Shown: positions 1 to 13,400 of the stretch, one piece after another
Numbering within the stretch: the first letter of the stretch is position 1
Layout: each line of letters starts with the position of its first letter
NCBI RefSeq assembly: GCF_964355755.1
Contig: NC_092675.1
Span: 17,642,912 to 17,706,911, forward strand
Source: Antedon mediterranea
Lineage: Eukaryota; Animalia; Echinodermata
DNA length: 64,000 bases
Reading direction: 5' to 3'
Program-made: the position numbers and the translations under genes
The notes under the pieces: model-generated
What the model was told of the DNA's origin: nothing
Seen by the model: only the letters and a program-made list of their open reading frames with translations
The model's database searches: none

Positions 1-152
1 AATGCACTGGATCTTCTATGATCATTTGAGGGAGATTTTATAGTTTCATAGAATTTAAGAAGCAAATTTAATTCTCTTGTATTAATATTTATATTACAAT
101 ATTTTTCATTCATATTTTTCGAATCCTAATATTTTTGCATTTTATCTGTTAG

Positions 153-1408
153 CCTTTGTTGGTCAGTGTCCATTCCCATGGGCTGATGTCAGTACATGTA
201 ATGGCTACTCCAGCTCATGTGTCCACAATGGAGACTGTCCAACCAACCAAATGTGTTGTGAGAGTGGTTGTGGAAAACAATGCAGAGCTTCTGAAGGTGT
301 TACATCAGGAACTACTACAGACACTAACAAAGCTGTTGTTACAACCAACGCCTTCTTGAACAGTAAGATGAACTGGATTTTTTGGTCACTATTATGTCCT
401 TTTTCAATTTCTGCTTAAGACTGTAATTTATTTTACTATGAAATAAACATGCTTTTAAATTTATAATTTCAGAGAAGACAGGAATGTGCCCAGCTGCTAA
501 ATATCTTCCTTGCTCTTACGTGCAAGAATGTGCTGTGGATTCCGATTGTACCGGAGAAAGCAAATGTTGTAACAATGGTTGTGGATTTGTGTGCACTGGA
601 CCATGGACCAGCAGTAAGTATTATGATGTATAACATTCAGAAAATATTGGTTTACTTCAAGAAAGGTAAAGTTCTTTATAAATTTGATTTTGTTCATTTC
701 AGCTAAATATGGTGTCTGTCCACGTGCTAGCGTGCAAGATGTTCTAACCAATGCAGCAAGCTGTACAACAGACATGAACTGCCCAGGCAACAGGAAATGT
801 TGTAACATTGATGCTACACAGAAAGCTTGTGTCAATGTCTGGGAAAAAGGTAAGATATGGTTCTTTCACCAGCTTCCAGGTAATGGTGATAGCACTCCTG
901 ATGGTTCACAGGAACATGTACCTTCCATATTGTTTGATTGTCAATTTGAGTGCGTGATTAGTGAAACTAATTATATTTTAGAAAGATGGAAATATTTAAC
1001 TTTTAAAAGGTTTTGATCATACAAATCAAATCAATCTTTTTATTCATCAATACAATACACATAACAAAATGAAAGAGTAATACATTTAATGTAGATCAAA
1101 GAGACCTCCAAGAAACCACAAGGAGGAGGCCCATTATAAACTAGTTTCAATAATGTTGAATGTGGTGCATGATAAAAAATAAACAACGGCAATTACCAAT
1201 CACCATTACAATAGTACTATGATTATATTTGCATATTTTGTAGTAACCAGTGGTCAGTGTCCATCATATACCAGCCTAGAGGTGACATCATGTGTGTATA
1301 CTGATGAGTGTGCTACTGATGTAGACTGTTTGATTTATGGAACTGGTAGAAAGTGTTGCTCAACACCATGTGGTGGCACCAAGTGCAAGGTTGCTGATGT
1401 CTATCCAT
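153..1408 (+). CDS. Four WAP (four-disulfide core) domain exons of the giant gene
   Basis: Exons 153-362, 473-613, 703-849, 1244-1408 each give G-x-CP...C...C-x-x-D-x-DC...KCC-x3-C-x3-C, e.g. KTGMCPAAKYLPCSYVQECAVDSDCTGESKCCNNGCGFVC. Confidence 0.9.
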
Positions 1409-4400
1409 GTAAGTCAATATCTGTACACTGATGTGATGACCCTGCTAGGTTTATACAGGTTGCCTTTCCAGAAATATTGTTCCTGAAAACAGAAAGAAAA
1501 GGGATTGCTATACAGATAGGTATCTACATCACCACTGTTAGTTTGTTTAGAATCTATTCAGGTCGGAAAAGCAGGCGCGGATATCAATTTCTTAAAGAAT
1601 TGTAAAACGTTCGGCGTTTTTCCCAGATACATTCTGGATTATAAATGTTCCTCAACTTCCTATCTTGAGTTGAGCACACACTACACCACTTTCTCTTGTG
1701 TGAGGTCCTAAACACGCCCTTGCATATTCTGTCTTTATGTGTGTATCTTACAACCATTCACTTCTAGAAAATTAAATAAATAGTTATGCATGAATGACTT
1801 CCTATTGTTTCCAGCATGTATGTACAAAGGCAAACAATACGTCCACCAAGACTTCTGGTCGCCAGACAGTTGCACAGTCTGCAAATGCTGGTCCGGTACT
1901 GCTAGGTGCACACAGAGGAAATGTCCACGCTACGATGCCACTAAATGTCAATCAGTCTACCGTGATGGTCAGTGCTGTCCAGATGTATACTGTGAATCAC
2001 AGAATGTCGTCGGTCAACCTGCTGGTAAGCTTAAAATTGCATTGGTCAACCTGCCATTGAAGAAAATGTAGATTTGTACATGCAAATATTTTTTCTGTAG
2101 ATGGTTTACTTTTGAATATCTATTGTAAGAAAAATGTTTAACTAAGCCACTATTTGAGTAGATCATCCTCCATAGTGGCCACTGGCCTGAGGTTGTCCTC
2201 CATTTGTGGTCACTGAGGTTGTCATGGGCTTATAGAGATAATGTTGTTATCAGAGTTTAGTGGTGCATAATCCTCATAAAATTCACAAAAATCACTCTTG
2301 ATTACACATTATGTTGCTATATCATATCTTCACTTCTTTTTCATATTTTTTTTTCTAGTAAACTATTTATGATATCTTCATCACTTGTAGTCTTCTTGTC
2401 TTTCTACCCAACTTTGTAAAGTTTAAATTATCTACTGGTTCATCTTTTATAATTCATCCCTTGCTTGCTTGATACATTTTTGTTTATTTTTTAACTAGTA
2501 AAATGTACAGATCAACAAGGACTTAGCTATCAGAATGGCGATGTGTGGTATCCTGATATCTGCAGTGAATGTCGATGCATTGATGGTCAAGTATCTTGCT
2601 CCAATTACAAATGCTTTACTGAATCACCACAGAATACAACTGGATGTACAGTTATCAACGTCCCTGGAAAGTGCTGTCCTGAAATCAAATGTCAAGACAG
2701 TGAGTGTTAAATGGTTAACTTTAGTTTCTAATGTTACAAATTTAAATATGTTGTAAGCATTAATAAATTAAAACACTACATTTGCAATGATTCCATTATA
2801 TTTAGAGCCTTTTGAAAAAAAAAGAGATTAATATATGTTCTTTTTATCATATCTGATAGGTTGTGACTTCTGAAAGGAATCATCACTAATATGTTTTATC
2901 ATCAAATAATTCCTATAATATTAATCCACCTAAACCTAAGATTAACCGAGCCTTCTTAAAGCTCTGTCTACACTATCAAACTAGTTAAAAAAAAAAAAAG
3001 TGTGATGTGCTCAAATATGGTGGTGATATGCCCAAATATGGTAATGATATGACATCATCATGTTTGTCTTATTCTTAGCCTGTGTTGACCATGCTGGAAA
3101 TCTACGATATGAGAATGACCAATGGATGATTGAAGACTGTGTGACCTGTCGATGTTTCAATGGTAAAGTTAGCTGTGTTAGTGAAGTTTGTCCAATGCAT
3201 CATGACCCATCATGTGAACTGAGGAAGGTCAAGGGTCAATGCTGCTCAGATGTCTTCTGTCCAGTGACTATTAGTAAGTTACCTACCTGCGTAGAATCTT
3301 GTAATTTTAGTCAATCTATTAACAAATAAAATCAACATTCTATTGGTTTGAGTCGAGTGGCTGAGCGGTTAAGACAGGGGCACTGCAAAGCATAGCTATA
3401 CAACTGGCACAAGTTTAAGGAACCCTTGATCATTGGGATAAGGAATAGGATAGGAATATTTACTAACAGCACAGTTGTACATTTCTTATTAATATTGTTT
3501 TTGGTTTTTTTTTAGATCCATCTAGGATGTGCGTTGACGGTGCCAACTCATACGGTGATGGTACCGAGTTCACTCGTGGAGCCTGTGAGAAGTGTCTTTG
3601 TATGAACAGGGTTATTGAATGTCAAACAATTGAATGTGCCGCTGATACCAACCCACTCCTTGCTAACTGTTTGAAGGTCAACATTGAAGGAAGATGCTGT
3701 CCTGAGGTTGTTTGCAATCAAGAAGGTATGGTGCAAAATAGGAAATTTAATTTCCACTTTTGAATGAACTTTTATATTATGAAGCTTTTGATTTTGCAGC
3801 AACCTAGGACTAGGAAGTTGTCATATGGAGGTACTATTTGCAAAATTTAGTTTTGCAATTGGGTCAGGCCTAATTTGATTGATTGTCCATTGATTGTCTG
3901 CTATCAGAAAAATGATTTAATGGATTTGAATCTTTATATTGGTGATGTTTTTCGGAGAAAAAAAATCAATTTTACAGAGCTTGACAATACTTATGACAAT
4001 ACAAATGACTTCATAAGTCATGCATAATTTGCATAAAGACCTAGATCATTGCAAATCGAAAACGCCATATTGTCACAGATGCACAAACCTTATGTGCAGT
4101 TAAATAGTGTATGGTGATATGATATCCCCATTCTTTGCATTTTGGCTGTGCAGTGTAATCATCTCCCAATTTTAAATTACTTATTTATCTTTCACTAGCT
4201 GGCTTGTGTACCCATGAGGGCAGTCAATATTTTGACAGCGAGACCTGGCAACCAGATACCTGCACTCTGTGTACTTGTGAAAAAGGAGTAACTAAATGCC
4301 ATGTGATGTCATGCCCACCAATCAAACAAGGTTGTACCGCTCAGTTCGTTGATGGTAAATGCTGTCCACAAATCACATGTCAATCAAGTGCTGTCAGTAA

Positions 4401-7400
4401 GTTAAGCTTAATATGAGGTTTAGATATATATACATAATTACACATACTGTAGAACCACTATTAAGGGGACATTTTCCGGGCCTAACAAAGTTTCCCTTTA
4501 ATAGTTTGAAAGTTCAAAGTACAATTAGTGTCAATTACTTAGGATAGGAAAATTCTCAATTTTTAACATAACCAATTTTGACGTTTGACTCCAACCCCTA
4601 ATCAGTTAAAATTGTAAATTTATAGTCTCCAAAATAACATTATTGCCTGAGGAAACACATGAAGGCTGATTAAGAATGTGATCAACCGTTTTTTAACTTA
4701 ATATTTAAAATTTTAATTATTGTCTGAAAACAAAGTTTTCAAGCAATGGCATCTTAATTTCGTCTGATACTAATTTGGCTTTTTTAGCTGCTCTGTGCTT
4801 TAATGAAGGCACCTGGAGAAGTGAGGGTGACACTTGGAACCAAGGCCGATGTGATGTCTGTACCTGCACTGGTGGTGTTGTCACCTGCAATCCAATGACC
4901 TGCCCCAGAGTTCAAGCCAGTGCTGGTTGCCATGTTGTCCAACATAATGGATTCTGCTGTCCTGTCAAAGTTTGTCGAGGATCTGGTGAGTTTAAATTTT
5001 ACAGGATCAAATAGATATTATACTATCCAATCGAATGCGAAATCAACTGTGCATTGTTATTATTTATAATGTCATGTAAATTACAATTATTCTATCTTTT
5101 TTTAAATAGATATGCAATGCGTCACTCCAGAGTTAACTATTGCCAATGGCGAAAACTACACCATCAGCAACCCACTACCAGCCGAGTCAGGCCATGTATG
5201 GTACTCACCAATGACTGTAACTGAGCGTGCTCACTGCACCTGCAACATGGGACGCCTAACATGTACAAGAAGTGCTTGCCCTGTTGCTCAGTATCCATGC
5301 ACTGAACAGCCATTAGCTGTTGGTGCCCAAGGCTGTGCAAGCATTACTTGCCCTTTTGGTAAGCTATGCCAAGTGTTATAGAGTATCTTTTTCAATTATA
5401 TTTAGATTACCAATCATCTGAAAACGAGGATTTCAGCTTAAAGTGTTAATCTCTTTCATATTTTGTTATTGTAATTTTATATATTGAGTTCATCTTGTGT
5501 TTTATGACATACTTATTTTGATTGATTGTTATTTCAGTGAAACCAGGTGTATGTCCATTCCCAAGACCAGGATTCCTAGGCTCATGTGATAACCAATGTA
5601 ACTTAGATTCTGACTGCCAAGGTGCTACCAAGTGCTGTAGTAATGGATGTGGTACTGAATGCTCTACTCCATGGAGAGAAGGTAACCAATCATTAAGATT
5701 TAAACATGTAGCTACAAAAAGCTTAATATGTGCTAGCAGGCTAGGTGTGGGTGGCAATATTTTAGATATCTGACAACAAAATGTGATGTGCCCATATATG
5801 ATGTCATATTACTACCATATTTAAGCCCCAAACTAGTTTGATAGTACAGACAGAGCTTTATAATCAGTAAAGTTCAGCTGAGTGGAAAGTCTTAAAATAT
5901 TTCCTAATTTTGAGTCAATCAACTCTATTTGTGTATGCAGGTGATTAAATGTTGCGATCCAGATCCTGACTCTTTTTTAATATATTACTAACTAATTCCA
6001 TTATTGTCAAAGGTTGTGTTGATGAAACAGGAAGTGATCGAACAAGTGGTGATGTCTGGTACCAAGATCTCTGCACAATCTGCAAGTGTGTCAATAACCA
6101 ATCCATCTGTGAGGAACAGCAGTGCCCCGAGGTACCTACTGGCTGCTCAATCAAACTGGTTAATGGAAAATGTTGTGGAGAGATTGTCTGCCAACCATCT
6201 TCCAATGCACAAGGTATACTTTTATTTAGAATTAATATACAGCTGATGACTGTGAGTTGTATTGAATATTTGAATTCAATAAGAACAACAAACTTATATA
6301 TAGCTTACAATGTCTCTTTTATAAAATGCCTTTTCTAACTAGAAACCAACAACGAAATTGAAGGTAAATAGACCTAACTAGCCTGCTTATTAGTAAAAAT
6401 GAATCCTCTTGTAGATTTTTACTTACTGGCTTCACATTTTAATTTTATTGGACCAGAGTATTTCAAATATACCATTCAATCATCTTGACATTTTATTTCA
6501 ATCTCTTATTTTTCCCCACAGTTGTGACCTGTAGCTATGAGGGCCAGACCTACATGCCTGGCAACACCTGGATCGTTGACAGCTGCACCAGCTGCCGATG
6601 TACCCCACAAGGCCGTACTATATGTGACAAACAAATATGTCCAGAAACAAGTAACTTTGGCTGCCGTATGTTATACGTAGCTGGAAAATGCTGTCCTGAG
6701 AAGGTCTGCAGAGAACGTAAGTTGTAATATTGCCAAGACATGGCACAATGATGTTAAATGATACATTTTAAAGTTGATTGGCATAGTACAGTCACAATAC
6801 AACCAATAAAAAAGCAGTACCTTATTATTTTCCAATTCAAAAGGACACTTTTTAAAATATATGAATACATATATTTTTTCTTTATGTCACAGCTAAAAGC
6901 TGTCTGTATGATGGTGTCTACTACCTTAACAGCGAAAAATTCTATGTTTCTGCCTGTGAAGAATGCCAATGCTTAAACGGTATTGTGACATGCCAGAACC
7001 AGACTTGCCCCACACCAACAGGAATGTGCACTTATGAAACACCAGTTGGTGTTGATGCTGATTTCAGTTGTTGCAAGAACATCACATGCCCTCTAATCGG
7101 TAAGTTTTTATATGTAATGAACAAAAGATAAGATACAGTATCTATATTGTTGTTTGTGTCTTTATTATCATGAGCAATATAACAATGATATGATCAAATT
7201 TGAGGACATAAGCGTATCCACCTCTCCAAACCAGTTTCTGTACATTTAACTAATTTCTAACATGTGTTTTCTTAACCTTTTATTAACACTTTGACACCCA
7301 AGACTTTACTGTAAAACGGTAAAGAGTGTCTCGAAATATCAAGTCGCAGATCTATCCAAGTTTTCTATATCTACAGAAATGTTTTCAGATTTTCGAGTAG

Positions 7401-10400
7401 GATTCTTCATCTAGAAAACTCATCTCATCTTCAAAAAGTGGGTTTTATTAAATATTTCCCAATATATATATAGTGTGTAAAAACTTGCTTATTTGATATT
7501 CTTATGTTATTGACTATCATTTTTTTGACAGCTCCTGGTCAGACCTGCACATACAATGGTATGACATATAACTACAATGAATTGTTCATGCGTGATGCTT
7601 GTACCAGTTGTAGATGCAATGCTGGTGAGGTTACCTGTACCACTACCTCTTGTCCTCAAGTGAATCTTGAGCCTGGTTGCCGTGCTGTTCCAGTTTTTGG
7701 AAAGTGTTGTCCTCAAATCACATGCCGAGATGGTAAGTAATGGAAAGTATGATGCGAATAATTAGTTGTTTGACATGGGATCTGCCATATCTACTCAAGG
7801 ATTACAGTTAGGTTGAAAACATGATGAGCCTAGCAAAGAAAATAATTAACAGTTTAAAATTAAAAGTTTAATTAAGATACTTAAAGCCCAAAATTTCCAT
7901 GGCCCTAAATTTTCGCGATTTTACATTTTCAACTATTTCGAATGTAAATAAACATTTTAGTTGAACAGTGGGCGATGCATGTGTTTAATAGATTCTTAGA
8001 TAGTGAACACCCCCATAAAATGAATGTACTTTACCAATTTTTGTTTGTTTCTACAACAACAATGGACGCGACGCCGGCCGGATGGATGGATGTGAATCTT
8101 TAGAGAGCTTGCGCATGGTGATGGTATTTTTTCTACGCACAATGTAGAATAATTTTTCAACTTATCTTATGATTTAATGGACAAAAGACTCGTCAAGCAA
8201 GTACGCTATACATTAAAAAAAAATTTACCTAAGAAATGTCATAAGCTTTTTTATTCCAATTGGAACATTTTTTTAGCGATCAATCCTCCACACACGGCGG
8301 CACACTTCTTGATCACTGAGGAGGAATTGTTTTGAGCGAGGCGCAGGCTGAGTATGGCCTAGCATTTTCGGTCGGTTGCAATTTATTTTAATGTTTTAAT
8401 TACATCTGAACAAACAGTATAATTAATCGGGGATCGTAAATGTTTCAAAGAATACACAATCAAAAGTTTATCGTAACTATTTTGCCTTGCTAACTAAGCC
8501 TAGGCTAGGCCTGATAGATCGACTGTAAAAAACCTTACTGCAAATTTTGAAATTTTCGCGGACTTTTTATTTTCGCGGGCTCTTTATTTGTTGTTGTTGT
8601 TCAATTGCAAAAGTAGCGAAAATAAAAGGCCTGCGACAATTTTGGGTAATTAACTTGTTTCTTTCAGTTCATAGCTGCATTGAATCAGGAGTTGAGCATC
8701 TAAATGGAGAACAGTGGACCAAAGACAAGTGCACCACTTGCCGATGTGACCATGGAATGATGCTTTGCACCAAAAGAACATGTCCCATGCCAAGACCTGG
8801 TTGCCAGTATGACCTCACTGCACCAAATCTGAACCAATGCTGTGGTGACATCAAATGCCCAAGAAGTCCAGGTAAGTTGGACAGACAGACAAACAGAACA
8901 AAAAGACTAAGACATTTTCCAATTAAAGCTTGATGAATACTAATATGATATGTTTCAAATTAAAGATCACACTATATTCTAAAGCACATTTTAATCAAAA
9001 GAAAACCTTTTGAAGAAAAAATGTAAACAACAACTATTTGTATACCATTTTATATGATTTATTATTATTATTTATAGTATTTGGTAAATTTTCAATAATT
9101 TTATTTATTTATATTGGGTTTTTTATTTAACCTGTTACAACCTATTTAACAGTATATACCTAAAGGGAATGTAAATTATACACTTCTAAGAATTAAACAA
9201 AATTAATTTGTATTATATAGGATACAGAAAATGTACCGATAAAGCCACTAATGTTCGTTACAACCACGGAGAAGTATGGATGCGTGACTCATGCACACAA
9301 TGCCAGTGCCGTCATGGATACACCAAATGCAATGTATTTACCTGCCCAACCAACGTAGCTGATGGATGCCGCACCCTGAACATTGAAGGACAATGCTGTC
9401 CTCATGTGCTTTGTGATACAGGTAAAGTAACCGTATGCTTTGTTAGTCAATTTTAGGAGATCATGTACATATATAGAAAAATACAGAAGAACCTTCATTT
9501 TACTATTAAAGAATCACTATGCTTTTACAGCGAGTTACAATCGGTTAAGAAAGTGAGAACGTAAATACGTAGCCATGACATCGGCTAGGGTTCGAGGCTC
9601 ACTCGCTCCATGATTCTGGTGGTAGAACGAGTCTTCTCGGATAATGACTATAAACCGTAGGTCCTGTGTACACATCTCATGTGCAATTTAAAGAACCTAG
9701 TACATCTTTCGAGATGAGTAGGGGGTTACCCTGGTGTACTAGTACATCACAGCCACTGAACACAAGTGGGCCTTCTGGGAAACCAGTCGTTGATTGAAGA
9801 AGAAGTCGCCCAGTATAGATAAAATATTTTGATTCAATTATTAGTAAATTTCTATTTTAGTGAAAGTTGGTCAGTGCCCTGCCTACAACCCATTGATGGA
9901 TGCTGTCACCGTTGATATGTGCGGTAGTGATGCTGACTGTGTTGGTAAATCCAAGTGCTGTAATACTCCAGCTGCCAGAACATGTATGTCTCCAGTTATA
10001 CTAGGTAAGTTGCTAAACATTCTACAATACAGTATAGTAGGTTGTAAGCTTGAACCTGGACATTAGGCAAAAGTGCTTGATGCAAAGCAGAGCAGAATAG
10101 ATGCTAGGTATAACCTTTTAATGCACTACAGGCTGTTTCATGAGGAGTACCACAATCTGTAATGCTTGGCTCTGTACAGTATATGTATTAAAAATATATA
10201 TATTTCATTGATTTAAGGACATTTTTTTTATTCTATATAAAATTATAAATATAAAATCTTTTGTACGTAAAACTTCAAATGAAGGTTGTTTTCATTTGTA
10301 ATTCTTTAATATTTTCATTCCAGAACGACCAGGTTCATGCCCTAACACACAACCAACCTCCGGTGTTCTACGAAAAACTTGTGTCACTGAATGCACAGCA

Positions 10401-13400
10401 GATAGTGAATGTACCCAAAATTGGAAGTGTTGCAGCGATGGTGGATGTAGTCGTGTATGTCGCCCTCCAGTGATGAATGACTTTGGACCTAACAGTCCAC
10501 TTCAGCCAATCGTACCACAGGAACCATCTCCACCAGGATTCGACAGTAAGTATGACCTCTATAGAAGATAGCTTTCTGTAAATGCTATTTTTTAAAAAGA
10601 TTCAGTTAAATTCATTGCAGTCTTTATGGTGTTTAGTTATAGCTATTTTATCCTTTTAATTGTTATTTTATTGAATGATTGGTAAAATGATTCCTATATG
10701 ATTTATTTATTCAACTTTGTTTCACAAGGACAGCTGATTTTGAAGATGCCCTCATAAAAACAATACACAATTAATACAAATGACATTCAAACGTATGATT
10801 TATTTGTGCAAGCATTTGCTTATATTTTTCAGCTAAAGACGGAGTCTGCCCTAAGACTGTTGCATCAATTGATCGACTGTTCTGCTTGACTCAGTGTAGC
10901 ATTGATACAGACTGTACTGGTTCGAAAAAGTGTTGCTCAGCTGGATGTGGTAGATCATGTGTAATTCCACTGCCAACCAACAATGGTAAACTAAAAAAAA
11001 AACTAGTAACTCTATTTCATTTCAGTTTGCTCTCAAACTGGCTTAATATCAGTTATTAATAACAATTCAGAAGTAACAATATATAAAAAAAAATGTGAGG
11101 AAAGGTTAGTGTCAACTGGAAGCTCTGCATCCTCTTTCTAGCTGTTTTACTTTCGATTTAGCTTTTTGCTTATTAGTATCTGCTCCTTGTGATGTATGAG
11201 ATCGTCATCATCATTTTTTTCTGTATTATTCTTCTTTCTTTCAACTCTATTTTTGCGCGTCACATTTCTCTAAAACGTGTAAACAGAATTTTTTCAACAT
11301 TTTAATATGTTGCTGCTAAAACAATTATCTTCCAAAACTGTTATCTTCATGTTTAATTTTGATGACGTTATCATTTTAAAAATTTAAATAAAAGGTGGGT
11401 CAAGTAATTTCAACTATGCTACACTGTATGTTGTATATAGTATTATACTGTATATGCTATAAGGCACAAAATAGACAGAATTTAGCACCAACATATTATT
11501 ATTATTCGGTCATAAGTGCTGTAATCTTTTTCTGTTCACATTTTCTAGCGTACCTGCATGTGGCACTGTTGTGCGCATAACTATCTCGTCAAATCTAGTT
11601 TTAGTTGTATCTCCATTGAGATCCATCCACTGATACCCACAGCATTGTAAATTTTTCAGTAATTTGCCCTTGAATTAATTAAATACATGGTTGAATTTGG
11701 TTGAGCATTAAGGTACACTGTTAAATGCCTACTTCATAATTGGTACAAGAAGTCCCCTGAATTTAGTGAATGTATATTCATTCATTTATTGGTTTCACTC
11801 AATAAATATTTAGTAATTTGCCTTAAAAGTGGTATTCATTTAGATAGACAAATTCTTTATTATGTTAAGAGTGTTTATTTAAAGTGTGAATGGCAACATG
11901 TACAAATAGTAAATGTGTATTAACTTATTGAGTTACAGTATAGATAGAACTGGATATTTAACTAATTCTTATGTTAATTTTTCAGTAAAAACTGGAGTAT
12001 GCCCAATGATACAACCCCAAGGTATATGTCAAAGTAACATTGATGTGTGCAGTTTGGACAATGAGTGTACTGCTAACAAGAAGTGTTGCTTTAATGGTTG
12101 TTTCATGGAATGTTTGGCTCCAGGAGCACCAGGTAAAGAAATGGAATTAAAATCTCCTAAAATTCAAATTTCTAGTTGGCCAGTTTCTGTTTCTTTAATT
12201 TTAAGTAAAATATTGCAACACAAAATTAAATGACAATAGAGAGATATTAACGTAGTGTATAACTGACTCAAAATAACTATGTTATTTAAACATAATCAGT
12301 GCATCTATTGGTTTTTAAGAGAGATATAAATTCATTTTTTAATGAAATTATGTAGTAAATTCATTTGACTATGTATCCAATTTATAATCACACATTGAGT
12401 AAGTATCACTTAATTTACTATATCACTTTTGTAGTTATCAAGTGTCCAGTAGTATCACTAACCTGCAACAAACTTTGTCCCGAGGGCTATGCAACTGACC
12501 CTGAAGGTTGTGAGATCTGTGAATGTGCACGTACATGCCAACCAATCAATGCTCAGACCTGCAATAAAGAATGTGTCTTTGGATATGCCACTGACGGTAG
12601 AGGCTGCCAGATCTGTAGTTGCAAGCATCCATGTAAGTTTATTTTGAGAAAAAATATGAAAAAAAAAACCTGATTCAAACTATCTCCCCACAAGATATAG
12701 TTACATATTGACTGAACCCCAGAATTGAATAAAGAATGTTGTATTAAGCAATATGAGAGGCTCACCTATCCAAGATCCATGATTTTGAAATAGGGGGGGG
12801 GGGGGAAGAAATTTAACTAATTTTGTATCTTATCATTTTCAGTTAACAAAATGTGGGGGATGGTTAAGTTCTAACTTTACATTATGGTTTTATGTTTGTA
12901 TGTCCTTTTAAAGGGTGTTAATATATATAAAAATGACATATTTATCAGGTAGAATTCCTGTCACACAACACTAAACTCCTATTGGTCTGTTTAAATGACT
13001 TCTATTGAATATTATTACAGCTTTCCCAGAACAACCAGCCGTAAGAGGACCCAATAGCAAGCCTGTGTTCTGTGAAGTCTTGAAATCCTCAACTTGTCCA
13101 TTGACATGTACTTATGGATTCAAGACTGATTTAATTGGATGTGAAACATGCTCTTGCAAGCAAGCTCGTAAGTTATGCTAATTCTCTTTAGTTTTATTTA
13201 TTTATTTTCCATGTACAAAAAATACAGTGGAAACCCAAAGCACAAATATTTATGCTAATATGCATCCTTAAGCTTTGTCTACACTATCAAACTAGTTAGA
13301 CAAAAAATGTGTGATGTGCCCAAATATGATAGTGATATGACATCTTTGTGTCCATATTTGTGTACATCACATTTTTTTTATATCAAGCAAACTGTGCAGA

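Noticed and set aside
7860-8645. CpG-richer intronic segment as a hidden gene or RNA
   Set aside because: Looks like degenerate DNA-transposon remnants (TTTTCGCG repeats); no ORF, splice pattern or RNA motif and ends could not be defined.
9530-9610. tRNA genes at the SINE heads (also 3355, 41115, 39560)
   Set aside because: No complete cloverleaf; A/B-box-like head runs into a shared repeat body, typical of SINEs.
11170-11600. Possible second HINE-like element ending in CTAGT
   Set aside because: Subterminal repeats and hairpin are too degenerate to support from a single copy.
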